This document shows positions 23,760 to 34,672 of a DNA stretch of 47,436 nt, piece by piece. The notes beneath the pieces are model-generated. The model was given only the letters and a program-made list of their open reading frames with translations, had not been told where the DNA came from and did no database searches. The stretch is taken from contig NW_021834660.1 of the NCBI RefSeq assembly GCF_006345805.1, forward strand, positions 1-47,436, written 5' to 3'. Origin of the DNA: Octopus sinensis. Lineage: Eukaryota. Every line of letters starts with the position of its first letter. Positions within the stretch are counted from its first letter, which is position 1. The translations under genes and the position numbers were made by a program.

Positions 23760-24000
23760 CCACATGAAATTACCCATGTGGTTCCACATGAAAGTGCCTG
23801 TGTGGTGCCATGTAAAAGCACTCAACAAACTCTGTAAAGTGGTTGGTGCTAGAAAAGGCATCCCGCTGTAGAAACCAGGCCAAATCAGACTGGAACCTGG
23901 TGCAGCTCCCTATCTTACCAGCTCTGGTTACACTGTCCAATCCATGCCAGCATGGACAATAGACATTAATTGATGATAATGATGATGCTGATGATGATGC
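23760..24000 (+). mobile_element. Diverged RTE 3' UTR
   Basis: GGCATCCCGCTGTAGAAAC..CCATGCCAGCATGG..(GAT)n. Confidence 0.7.
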
Positions 24001-24037
24001 AATTAATGTTCACTCCCAAGAATAACTTACCTTCTAC

Positions 24038-24507
24038 CAAAATTTGAACCCACTATTATTAGTATTATTATAAAATTTGAACCCCTTAGTATTATTATAA
24101 AATTTGAACCCATTATTATTAGTATTATTATAAAATTTGAACCAACTATTATTAGTATTGTGGAGGCGCAATGGCCCAGTGGTTAGGGCAGCGGACTCGC
24201 GGTCGTAGGATCGCGGTTTCGATTCCCAGACCGGGCGTTGTGAGTGTTTATTGAGCGAAAACACCTAAAGCTCCACGAGGCTCTGGCAGGGGGTGGCGAT
24301 CCCTGCTGTACCCTTTCACCACAACTTTCTCTCACTCTTTCTTCTGTTGGCCTGCTCGCTTAGCCAGCGGGGTGGCGTCACTTGAAGGCTAAAACAATGC
24401 AAAGTGCATTGTGACCAGCGATGTGTAACAACATCTGATAGCCTGGTCGATCACGGTGATTATTAGTATTATTATAAAATTTGACCCCATTATTATTAGT
24501 ATTATTA
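24038..24507. repeat. ~26-33-bp AT-rich minisatellite (TATTATTAGTATTATTATAAAATTTGAACC) split by a SINE
   Basis: About four units before and one to two units after the SINE at 24161-24458. Confidence 0.85.
24161..24458 (+). mobile_element. SINE family A (tail type 2)
   Basis: Same head and body as 1121; distinct tail ...GTGACCAGCGATGTGTAACAACATCTGATAGCCTGGTCGATCACGGTG; ATTATTAGTATT on both sides. Confidence 0.9.
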
Positions 24508-25032
24508 GTGCCCTGTCAGAATTGTCAGCACACCCGACAAAATACTTAGTGGCATTTCATCCGCCTTTGTGTTCTGAGTTCAAATTTCTCTGAGGTCATC
24601 TTTGCCTTTCATCCTTACTAGGGTCAATGCATCCAACTAGCCCCATCTCCCCAGTAGAAAGGATTAGTTTGAAGCAAGTTTGAGAATAAGGACAGAACCT
24701 TAATGGTTCTGTATCATCTTCTCTCCCAATCACTCTTTGTAGACAGATGGTTCTCCACCAGTGTCGAAGATGCTTCAGTTGTTCATCAAGCCAAACTATT
24801 CCTGAAGTGCAAGTGACTAAACATTCCAGAAGCATATCAGGTTTCATGCATGTGATGGACATTCCAATTTTACAAGGGTTGAATTGACTCAGGGCTATAG
24901 AAAACTACATTGGCCCTAGGCACCATAACATTCAAATTAACATGCCATCTACTATATCTATCTACTTACACAAAAATAATCGTTGGTCTTGTACTGGTTA
25001 AGTGTGTATGTAAACAAATACGTAAACCGATT

Positions 25033-25434
25033 CGGCTGTGTGGTAAGTAGCTTGTCTACCAACCACATGGTTCCGGGTTCAGTCCCACTGCGTGGCAACT
25101 TGGTCAAGTGTCTTCTACTATAGCCTCGGGCTGACCAAAGCCTTGTGAGTGGAATTGGTAGACGGAAACTGAAAGAAGCCCGTCGTATATATGTATATAA
25201 ATATATGTATATGTGCGTGTGTGTTTGTGTGTCTGTGTTTGTCCCCCTAGCATTGCTTGACAACCGATGCTGGTGTGTTTATGTCCCCGTTACTTAGCGG
25301 TTCGGCAAAAGAGACCGATAGAATAAGTACTGGGCTTACAAAAGAATAAGTCCTGGGGTCGAGTTGCTTGATTAAAGGCGGTGCTCCAGCATGGCCGCAG
25401 TCAAATGACTGAAACAAGTAAAAGAGTAAAAGAG
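25033..25434 (+). mobile_element. SINE family B, slightly 5'-truncated
   Basis: Family match. Confidence 0.9.
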
Positions 25435-26027
25435 GGTTTTATTCATTATAGGTACACTACATACAAAATGTAGGCAACTGCTGCGAGTTGCTAGAAATAC
25501 AGAGTACATTCGTGGGTGTCATATCAGGAATGAATATGTTTATGTGCGTGTGTGTGTGTGTGTGTGTGTGTGCGGTACTTCGAAGCATTTCTCTAGGTCT
25601 CTGCGGTCTACCAAACTTGTCGTGTCGTAGATCTTTCTTGTCTGTCTGCCTTGTTTATCTCTGCCTGGCGTTCTTGATTCACTACCGTATTTATAACAAA
25701 ACGTGGCAGCTAGAAAGACAGACATACTGCAACAGAGTTTGTACCTAAATAAGTCAGCCCCTATCCAGTTGAACTTCGCCTGACATGCTGAGGTCGCAGG
25801 TCAAAGGGAGATGATCAATCAATTTTTGACAGGACAAAGAAAACCTTTTTTCGCGTCTGTTGATCGTCGTGGTTTGGACAACCGAGAATTCTTGGATTTG
25901 GTTTCGAATCTAGGCTTGGAGAAGGAAGTGTTAATTCTTACAGTCTTGTATGATATAATCCTCAAATAAAAATCTGATAATCTCCATTCTTATTCTTGTT
26001 CATATTGTTGATGCCAGTGCCACTTGA

Positions 26028-26139
26028 CTAGTTTTTCTTCCTGGAATGTGGTGGAAGTTGTTCTCTGCACATTTTCAGTGTTTATTGCTCCTGAGCATCT
26101 GCCACATACCAAAACTATCTTCCTAGTTAGCCTTCTTTT
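26028..26139 (-). mobile_element. Inverted upstream RTE ORF segment (5' inversion)
   Basis: KRRLTRKIVLVCGRCSGAINTENVQRTTS..KL, recognised from memory as the region upstream of the RTE C-terminus; abuts the plus-strand RTE. Confidence 0.6.
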
Positions 26140-26142
26140 GAC

Positions 26143-26733
26143 ACACGACAGAGTGTAAGCACCCCGAGAGAAATGCTGGGTATAAGAAGCATCAGAGATG
26201 GTGTGCAAGAGAGACGTTTGTGCTGGTATGGTCATGTAGTGTGGATGGATGAGGAGAGATGTGTGAAGAAGTGCCACTCCCAAAAAGTTGAAGGTATCCA
26301 GGGTAGAGGTAGACCCAGGAAGACATGGGATGAGGTGGTCAAGCATGACCCTTGAACGTTGGGCCTCACAGAGGCAATGGCGAAAGACCAAGATCTCTGG
26401 AGATATGCTGTGACTGCTAAGACCCAACAAATAATGTGAGTTCATGGTTGTTTCCTGCACCAGTTTCACATAGCCTCAGCCCATCCAAAGTACATTGGCT
26501 TGCAGAAAACCTGCTGTGCTTACCTTGGATCATAGGGTTACCTGCTGTGTTTGAGGAGACCTATTGAGTCAAGTACATCAACATCAAAATAAATATCAGA
26601 TGGGAATTGTGGTTGGGAATACCTGTGCCGGTGGCATGTAAAAAATACCCACTACACTCACGGAGTGGTTGGTGCTAGGAAGGGCATCCAGCTGTAGAAA
26701 CACTGCCAGATCAGATTGAAGCCTGGTGCAGCC
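26143..26733 (+). mobile_element. RTE LINE ORF C-terminus and 3' UTR
   Basis: QERRLCWYGHVVWMDEERCVKK..GRGRPRKTWDEVVKHD; paralog of 16812-17605. Confidence 0.9.
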
Positions 26734-26849
26734 TCATTCTTTGTAAGCCTAGTGCTAAGTTACAGAGATGTAAACACATCAGCATCAATTATCAAGTGAT
26801 ATTCTGTGCGTGAGAAGACCAGGCAGGACAAGTGAGCCCAGCCCACTTA

Positions 26850-27350
26850 TGAATGCCTTCCCTCCCTTGGACACAAAGACCGGCTGAGGCAAGCGAAGTC
26901 GATATAGAACCTCATCCGACGACAGACACCCATGCCAACCCCCCATGCTTGCGAAGACATGTTGGGGCAAGCGAAATCGAAATCGAAACCGAATTGAACC
27001 AGCCAGGATCCCTGGCCTGGTGGTACGTAAAAAGCACTATCCGACTCATGGCCGTGGCACGTAAAATACTCCAATGCGACCGTACGACAGGCACCCATGC
27101 CAACCTCCTTTGCTTGTGAAGACATGTTGGGGCAAGCGAAATCGAAATCGAATTGAACCAGCCAGGATCCCTGGTCTGGTGGTACGTAAAAAGCACTATC
27201 CGACTCGTGGCCGTGGCACGTAAAATACTCCAATGCGACCGTACGACAGGCACCCTTGCCAACCCCCTTTGCTTGTGAAGACATGTTGGGGCAAGCGAAA
27301 TCGAAATCGAATTGAACCAGCCAGGATCCCTGGTCTGGTGGTACGTTAAA
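26850..27350 (+). repeat. ~160-bp tandem repeat (~2.5-3 units), RTE-UTR associated
   Basis: GAAGACATGTTGGGGCAAGCGAAATCGAAATCG at 26953, 27118 and 27277 (periods 165 and 159). Confidence 0.9.
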
Positions 27351-27677
27351 AGCACTGGTACGTAAAAAGCACTATCCAACTCGTGGCCGATGCCAGCACC
27401 GCCCGTCTGGCTTCCGTGCCGGTGGCACATAAAATACACCAATCTGACCGTGGCCGTTGCCAGCCCCGCCTGGCACCTGTGCAGGTGGCACGTAAAAAGC
27501 ACCCACTACACTCACGGAGTGGTTGGCGTTAGGAAGGGCATCCAGCTGTAGAAACATTGCCAAATTAGACTGGAGCCTGGTGCAGCCTTCTGGCTTCCCA
27601 GAACCCCGGTCGAACCGTCCAACCCATGCTAGCATGGAGAACGGACGTTAAACGACGATGATGATGATGATGATGAT
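27350..27677 (+). mobile_element. RTE 3' UTR terminus with (GAT)n tail
   Basis: ...CCCATGCTAGCATGGAGAACGGACGTTAAACGACGATGATGATG. Confidence 0.9.
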
Positions 27678-27897
27678 TGGGGGGACAAACAGACACACAA
27701 ACACACATATATATGTATGCATATACATAAGTACGACAGGCTTCTTTCAGTTTCCGTCTACCAAATCCACTCGCAAGGCTTTGGTTGGCCAAAGGCTATA
27801 GTAGAAGACACTTGCCCAAGGTGCCACGCAATGGGACTGAACCCGGAACAATGTGGTTGGTAAGTAAGCTACTTACCACACAGCCACTCCTGCACCT
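27678..27897 (-). mobile_element. SINE family B, 5' half
   Basis: Family match. Confidence 0.85.
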
Positions 27898-28056
27898 ATT
27901 TGTTTATGATTACGGTATAAGTATATGAATTTCCCTGAATATTTAACAATGCTTATTTCTCTGTTACCTTTTCCATTTCACTTTCTTTACCTTCATTTCT
28001 CTTGGAAAAATTATTTCAACCATTTATGAATTAAATTAACAGAATTAACAAATTAA

Positions 28057-28220
28057 CAGAAAGAGATAAGAATCCAAGGCTGTGAAAGACTTCAGAACAT
28101 GTATAAATAGGTCTTACAGCTGTTTCTGGGATATATAAAATATCCCGGAAACAGCCTTAAGGCCTTCTACTTATAAATGTTCTGAAATCTTTCACCGCCT
28201 TGGATTTTTATCTCATTCTG
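28057..28220. repeat. Fold-back palindrome (~80-bp arms) centred on hammerhead helix II
   Basis: GAGATAAGAATCCAAGGC...CTGGGATAT pairs with ATATCCCGG...GCCTTGGATTTTTATCTC; the minus strand of the left arm reads ATATCCC A GAAA CAGCTG TA AGACC. Confidence 0.8.
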
Positions 28221-28376
28221 TAAATTTTTTTTTATATACACATGCTGATATATGACCTACGTTGGACTCCTCATTTGCATAATCACCGAACCTGGAGCTT
28301 AACTATAGTCTGTCCATAGCACTTACTCAGCATTACCTGACACCTTTGGGTCTTATTGACACCATTACTTCTCATA

Positions 28377-28422
<46 letters not shown>

Positions 28423-28426
<4 letters not shown>

Positions 28427-28660
28427 AGTAAATAAATGGAGTTGAACTAAGATGTTATCAAAATTCTTTTACTTTCAACATATGTTTCCTAATTGTTATA
28501 ATGTAATGTTGTTGAGATAGGCTCTCTTTCTTTCCTGATGAGAAGATTGCATTTTACACCGTTTATTCCTTTGGAATAATACCATGATGTCTTCGAAACA
28601 TATGTTGAAAGTAAAAGAATTTTAATAACATCTTCGTTCAACTCGATTTATTTACTTATA
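28423..28660. repeat. Inverted repeat, 66-bp arms (28423-28488 / 28595-28660)
   Basis: TATAAGTAAATAAATGGAGTTGAAC...CAACATATGTTTC is the reverse complement of GAAACATATGTTG...TTTATTTACTTATA with about 3 mismatches. Confidence 0.9.
28530..28611 (+). ncRNA. Type I hammerhead ribozyme, canonical core
   Basis: Stem I CUUUC/GAAAG; CUGAUGA 28535-41; stem II GAAGA/UCUUC; GAAA 28595-98; palindromic stem III ACAUAUGU; GUU site after 28606. Confidence 0.8.
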
Positions 28661-28805
28661 ATACACAAATTACTACACATTAACCTGGAGTTTCTACCTT
28701 TGAATAGGTCGCTTCATCCGTGTTACTTGCGTGAATTTTGCTACCCTGGTAACTCCTTATTGAATTTTCCATGTTAACAGTAAACAAAGGATAATTCATT
28801 CATCC

Positions 28806-28840
<35 letters not shown>

Positions 28841-29029
28841 ATTAAATTATAAGGGCAGAATTAACAGAATTAACAAATCAACAGAATTTGTTTGGTGTGG
28901 CTGAATTGTAAAAACATCCTCTGAAATAAAATTCCTACATTTATAGGATCAAAGCTATTTTGTTTCTAAAGTGGTGGGCATGTGCTAAAGTAATAAATCT
29001 GTAATGTGTGTGAGTGTATGTGTGTATTG

Positions 29030-29335
29030 AAGTCATGTGGCTAAGTGGTTAGTGTATTAAGTTCACAATTGTAAGTTCATGAGTTCAATCCTTGGCAGTG
29101 CACTATGTTCTTGAGCAAGACTCTTTATTTCACTTTGCTCCAGTCCAAATGAGTTGGAGCTGTTATTTAAAAGAGTCAACCTTGTAACATTTTGTTTCAT
29201 GTTGAATCTTCCTGAGAACTACCTTAAGGGTACACATGTCTGTGGAATGCTCAGCCACTTGCATGTGAATTTCCTGAGCAAGCTGTTCTGTTGATTTGGT
29301 CAAATAGAACACTCATCATCAGAACCAACAGAGTG
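29030..29335 (+). mobile_element. Diverged SINE family D with tail type 1
   Basis: TGGCTAAGTGGTTAG A-box, GAGTTCAATCC B-box, CTTGAGCAAGAC core, GAGAACTACCTTAAGGGTACAC tail. Confidence 0.7.
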
Positions 29336-29339
29336 CTAG

Positions 29340-29612
29340 TGTGTCTGTGTGTGTCTGTGTGAAATACATACTTGTGTGTGAGTGTGTGTCTGTGTGTGTG
29401 TGTGTGTGAAATACATACATGTGTGTGTGTATGTGTGTGTGAAATATATACATGTATGTATATGCGTGTGAAATACATACGTGTGTGTGTGTGTGTCTGT
29501 GTGTGTGTGAAATACATACATGTGTGTGTTTGTGTATGTGTGTGTGTGTGTGTGTGAAATATATACATGTATGTATATGTGTGTGAAATACATACTTGTG
29601 TGTGCGTGTGTT
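29340..29612. repeat. (TG)n-rich minisatellite with recurring GTGAAATACATAC motif
   Basis: Motif (or its GTGAAATATATAC variant) occurs about seven times between TG runs. Confidence 0.9.
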
Positions 29613-29891
29613 AAATTGACTTCATTATTTTCAGGCAAGTTTAAGGCAGTGAGCTGGCAGAATTGTTAGCACCCCAAACAAAATGCACTGAGTTCAAATT
29701 CTGCCAGGGTCAATGAAATAAGTACCAGTTGGACACTGGGGGCGATGTAATTGTCTTCCTGCACCCTGAAAAGTTCAGGCCATGTGTGTGTAGTAGTAGG
29801 GGTTATTTTGAAGCAGATTTTTAGAATAAGAATGGAACCTTTACTCAGAAAGTCCTCATTCCTGAAAAATGTCAAATGTATTATAGTTTTC

Positions 29892-30560
29892 CTGGCGCAG
29901 GAGTGGCTGTGTGGTAAGTAGCTTGTTTACCAACCACATGGTTCCGGGTTCAGTCCCACTGCGTGGCATCTTGGGCAAGTGTCTTCTACTATAGCCTCGG
30001 GCCGACCAAAGCCTTGTGAGTGGATTTGGTAGATGGAAACTGAAAGAAGCCCGTCGTATATATGTATGTGTGTTTGTGTGTCTGTTTGTCCCCCCAATAT
30101 CGCTTGAAAATTGATGCTGATGTGTCTAGCGTTTCGGCTAAAGAGACCGATAGAATAAGTACTGGGCTTACAAAGAATGAGTCTTGGAGTCGATTTGCTT
30201 GACTAAAGGCGGTGCTCCAGCATGGCCACAGTCAAATGACTGAAATAAGTTAAAGAGTAAAAGAGACATCTAAAGATATGCTTTCTTTCTCCATCTTGCT
30301 CTTGTATATATATATCCATCTTGTATATATATATGCCTGTGTGTGTTTGTGTATCTGTGTTTGTCCCCCTAGCATTGCTTGACAACCGATGCTGGTGTGT
30401 TTATATCCCCCGTTACTTAGTGGTTCGGTAAAAGAGACTGATAGAATAAGTACTGGGCTTACAAAAGAATAAGTCCCGGGGTCAAGTTGCTCGATTAAAG
30501 GCGGTGCTCCAGCATGGCCGCGGTCAAATGACTGAAACAAGTAAAAGAGTAAAAGAGAAA
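29892..30560 (+). mobile_element. SINE family B followed by a second family B 3' half
   Basis: Copy 29892-30265, then a second body/tail at ~30330-30560. Confidence 0.85.
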
Positions 30561-31237
30561 GAGAGAGATCTGGACTTAAAGTTTTCCTTCAAGGTTCATT
30601 CAGCTGTAAGAGAAAGATTTACTCTTGGTAAACCCCAGAAAACATAAATAATTAGATAGAAGGCAATACTAAGTAATAATCTACATTCGTAATGAGGTTT
30701 CCAATAAAAGGATTTTATTTTACATTGGCAGTAGAGATCTGCTAAGTCTACAGATATTAAAGATATTTAAAGGAAGATGCAGGAATTGACTCAAGCGAAG
30801 AAACATTAGGAAATATGAAAAGACAAGAGAAAATATATTATAATATAAAAATTAGTTATTAAAAGATCATAAAAGATTAAAAACAAAAAATTTTAATGAA
30901 TTGATGAAAAACTTTATAAATGAATTTTTTAATAAAAAAATATATTTCCAATTATAAAAAAAAATGAGTAACTGAATTGACCAAGCATGAAAATAAATTA
31001 GAAGAGTATTTAATCTGCTTGTTAAATGGACTAGTTAAAATGAAAGCTAAAAAGTTTGTTTAGATATAGTAATGTGTAAGCTGAATTGTGTGTGGAGATA
31101 TTTTACGTGAGATGTAGAGTTAAAGAGAAAAGAATTTGAAAAGAAACTGAAAATAAATGGTTTCTAATTGAGAATATTTAGGATTTCATTGGTCAGTACA
31201 GATTTCAGTGATATTTTGGCAAAGCATCAACTGCAAA

Positions 31238-31617
31238 TGGAGGCGCAATGGCCCAGTGGTTAGGGCAGTGGACTCACGGTCGGAGGATCGCGGTTTCGAT
31301 TCCCAGACCGGGTGTTGTGTGTGTTTATTGAGCGAAAACACCTAAAGCTCCACAAGGCTCCAGCTGGGGGTGGTGGCGACCCCTGTTGTGCTCTTTCACT
31401 CCAACTTCCTCTCACTCTTTCTTCCTGTTTCTTGTCCCCGACTTCCTATGCAACTGCTGAGCCTGAATGCGCATATATCCATCCGTCGATGCTCTCGGTG
31501 TCGGGGGTTGACCTGCTTTCTCTTCTGTGGGTCCTACGGATAGCAAAGGACCACATTTCGGACTTCTCTCACTACACTCTGGGATGAAGACCGCTTCACT
31601 CAACAAACAAACAAACA
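31238..31617 (+). mobile_element. SINE family A (tail type 3) with 16-bp TSD
   Basis: AAAGCATCAACTGCAA at 31221-31236 and 31618-31633; (CAAA)n end. Confidence 0.92.
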
Positions 31618-31731
31618 AAAGCATCAACTGCAATTGATTGTAATTACACTCTGCATGGTAGAGGAGATGGTCTATTATTATCAGGTATGCAACAGCTCTG
31701 GGATTCGAGATTTCAGCAAAGTCTACTGTTT

Positions 31732-31924
31732 ATATAAGTTAGATTGGTGTCTTCATCTTTATTGTTGATTTTACTGCATTTTGACAGTTGTATGCTCCAG
31801 CCTTCTGCAGGTGTCTTAGTTCAACTGAGTTCAACACAAAACACCTGAAGAAGGCAGGAGCATAAAACAGCTGAAATGTTATGAAATCAGCAATCAAGAT
31901 GACTACACCACTCCAACTAATATA
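31732..31924. repeat. Degenerate fold-back with back-to-back hammerhead remnants
   Basis: Right arm ACAC CTGAAGA A GGCAG..CAGCT GAAA TG TT (core 31845-51); the left arm is its reverse complement with core CTGCAGA. Confidence 0.7.
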
Positions 31925-32344
31925 AACGGTATACATAACACAAATTTCTCATCTCACAAATATTCAGCAAAATCTGTTATTAATCTACCACGTGAGAGAT
32001 ACCGGTGGCCTAAATAAAACCATTAGGCACACAGATTCTCACCAAGAGGTCAATTTTAAATTCATTATAAAGAGGTTGTAGGCACATATCAGGATTTTTT
32101 AGATAACATATAGAAAGCGTATGTCTTAGTATTTTCAAAATAATGACCCATTATGATGTTTTGATTCAAGGTTTTCCTCGATTTTTATAATAGGATGAAT
32201 TTATATTGAATTCATTAATTTTGTTTATTTTGTTCATTGCATGCTTAAGACCGTTAATTGAAAGGACCAATGAAACAAATCCATTTTAAAAGGTGTATCC
32301 TTTAACTAGTTTTGATCATATCATTATTATTGCTTGCAGACAGT

Positions 32345-32640
32345 TTTTCGAAATCAGTGACGGAAGTTACTGGAAAAACAATAAATAAATATTTGCAAAC
32401 GGTCTCCCTTCATCGAAAACCGGTGATTGCCATACGCCGAAGACAGGCAAATACCTAGAAACTGCAGTCCGTGCGTATCACTTAGGTTGACAAGGGAGTG
32501 ATGACCTCCCTTTGCAAATACCATAAGGGCAGAGAAAGTGTGCCTAAAGCCAGCTGGAGACGATGATCTCCTGGGGCTACAAGCTACAGTAACACCCACC
32601 CTTAGTGGTTAGCCATATTGAGATGGCTAGTATACTTTAC
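32345..32640 (+). mobile_element. Non-autonomous Helitron-related element
   Basis: Paralog of 11916-12214; 3' part matches an internal segment of the Helitron at 46145-46530. Confidence 0.55.
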
Positions 32641-32717
32641 GTTGTCGTGCAGTTACTGTTTACATCTCGTTCAGAGATTTATTATTGATCATATCATTAT
32701 TTCTGTTTTATTTTAAC

Positions 32718-32795
32718 AAAACTGTCCAACGAATGGGAAGGTGAAACTCTGAGTGACAGCTTTTGTTATATTTCTGCTGCTTTTAAATAAGTATA
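32718..32795 (+). mobile_element. Solo right arm of the 10626 fold-back family
   Basis: AAAACTGTCCAACGAATGGGAAGGTGAAACTCTGAGTGACAG..TTTCTGCTGCTTTTAAATAAG aligns to 10700-10775. Confidence 0.65.
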
Positions 32796-33235
32796 TAGGT
32801 AGGCAGGTAGGTAGGTAGGTAGGTAGGTAGATTTACGTGTATGTGTGTGTTTCTGCTCCTAAAAAGGGTGAGATAATCAAATACTGAACTATGTTGAAAT
32901 TATAGTTTAGCATGGCGAATGTAGATAATGCCACGAAGCAAAAAGTGGAATTGCATTTGTAAAGGGGAAAAAATTTCTCTTGAGTGAATGAAACTTGAAA
33001 ACATCTTTCCTAGTACAAGTAACAGTCCATCAAAAACTTCCCATTCCAGATGCCAGTAGATTCCAGGGGTCATCAGGAGAGAATGTGCACCATTTCGAGG
33101 CCTTCCTCTCCATGACTTTAGAGAAATGAATGTCGTCAATTCAATTCGCAACTCCTGCTCTGTTATACTTTAACTCATTTACATATTTCAGTCATTAGAT
33201 TGTTTATTGATTAGTACATGTATAAACCTGAATGT

Positions 33236-33395
33236 CGGAGTGGCTGTGTGGTAAGTAGCTTGCTTATGAACCACATAGTTCCGGGTTCAGTCCCACTGTG
33301 TGGCTACTTGGGCAAGTGTCTCCTACTATAGCCTCAGGTCAACCAAAGCCTTGTGAGTGGATTTGGTAGACAGAAACTGAAAGAAGCCCGTCGTA

Positions 33396-33475
<80 letters not shown>

Positions 33476-33725
33476 TGTATGTATGTATGTATGTGTGTCT
33501 ATATGCTTTTGTGTCTGTGTCTTACCCCCCAACATTGCTTGACAACTGACGCTGGTATGTTTACGTCCCCGTAACTTAGCGGTTTGGCAAAAAGAGACCG
33601 ATAGAATTAGTTCTAGGCTTACAAAGAATAAGTCCTGAGGTTGATTTTCTCGACTAAAAGGCGGTGCTCCAGCATGGCCACAGTCAAATGAGCGAAGCAG
33701 GTAAAATAGTAAAAGAGTAAAGAGA
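33236..33725 (+). mobile_element. SINE family B
   Basis: Family match with internal (TA)n/(TATG)n. Confidence 0.9.
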
Positions 33726-33924
33726 GAGAGAGTCGCATTCATGTCCTTGAAAGCTAAACTGTTTTTCTGCAAGGTACTTGATAACACCATGATGCCAACT
33801 TTTGTCTATTTCAAACAGAAGTCACTACTAATTACATTTGAACTCTTCTTTGAATAGTCATGCTAGTCTACCTAGAAAGAACCGATGCAGTTATTAATAA
33901 GGACATTTGAAACTAATGCATGCA

Positions 33925-34340
33925 TAGGCGCAGGAGTGGTTGTGTGGTAAGTAGCTTGCTAACCAACCACATGGTTCCGGGTTCAGTCCCACTGCGTGGC
34001 ATCTTGGGCAAGTGTCTTCTGCTATAGCCCCGCGCCGACCAATGCCTTGTGAGTGGATTTGGTAGACGGAAACTGAAAGAAGCCTGTCGTATATATGTAT
34101 ATATATATAAGTGTGTGTGTATATGTTTGTGTGTCTGTGTTTGTCCCCCTAGCATTGCTTGACAACCGATGCTGGTGTGTTTACATCCCCGTCACTTAGT
34201 GGTTCGGCAAAAAAGAGACCGATAGAATAAGTACTGGGCTTACAAAGAATAAGTCCCGGGGTCGATTTGCTCGACTAAAGGTGGTGCTCCAGCATGGCCG
34301 CAGTCAAATGACTGAAACAAGTAAAAGAGTAAAAGAGTAA
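33925..34340 (+). mobile_element. SINE family B, full length
   Basis: Family match. Confidence 0.9.
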
Positions 34341-34514
34341 GATTTCACATTTCTAGCATCACTCCTTAAAAGTCAACCAACAAACTTCTCGGCCCACCCT
34401 CATACATAAACCTGAATGTCACACTGTGTATGTATTTATGTAGATGTACTTATCTTGTATATGTTCATGTGTGATTATATTCTGTAATTTAATGCTGTGA
34501 TAAATATAAGTCTC

Positions 34515-34665
34515 TAACCTGTTCAGATACAAGATACAGTTTTCTCAGTGGTATCTCCAATGAAGTAAATTTGAAGGAATCGGTGATCAGCATTATTGAC
34601 AGGAAGAATAGAGCCTATCTGATGATAGGTTTGGCCTTGAATTTTAGAAGCACACATTATATTAA
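34515..34665 (-). mobile_element. Helitron RepHel N-terminal coding remnant
   Basis: SKIQGQTYHQIGSILP..HRFLQIYFIGD (ORF 34523-34771) matches the Helitron FKIQGQ.YH..GSLLP...F.QIYF motif. Confidence 0.75.
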
Positions 34666-34672
34666 ATATTAT

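Noticed and set aside
24596-24862. 88-aa ORF of normal complexity (also 20214-20489 and 32900-33151)
   Set aside because: No recognisable motif or splice support, and partly overlapping repeats.
26847-27502. 145- and 196-aa ORFs with internal repeats
   Set aside because: Antisense translations of the ~160-bp tandem repeat and RTE UTR.
30600-31200. Purine-rich stretch resembling a decayed LINE ORF
   Set aside because: No diagnostic motif recoverable by manual translation.
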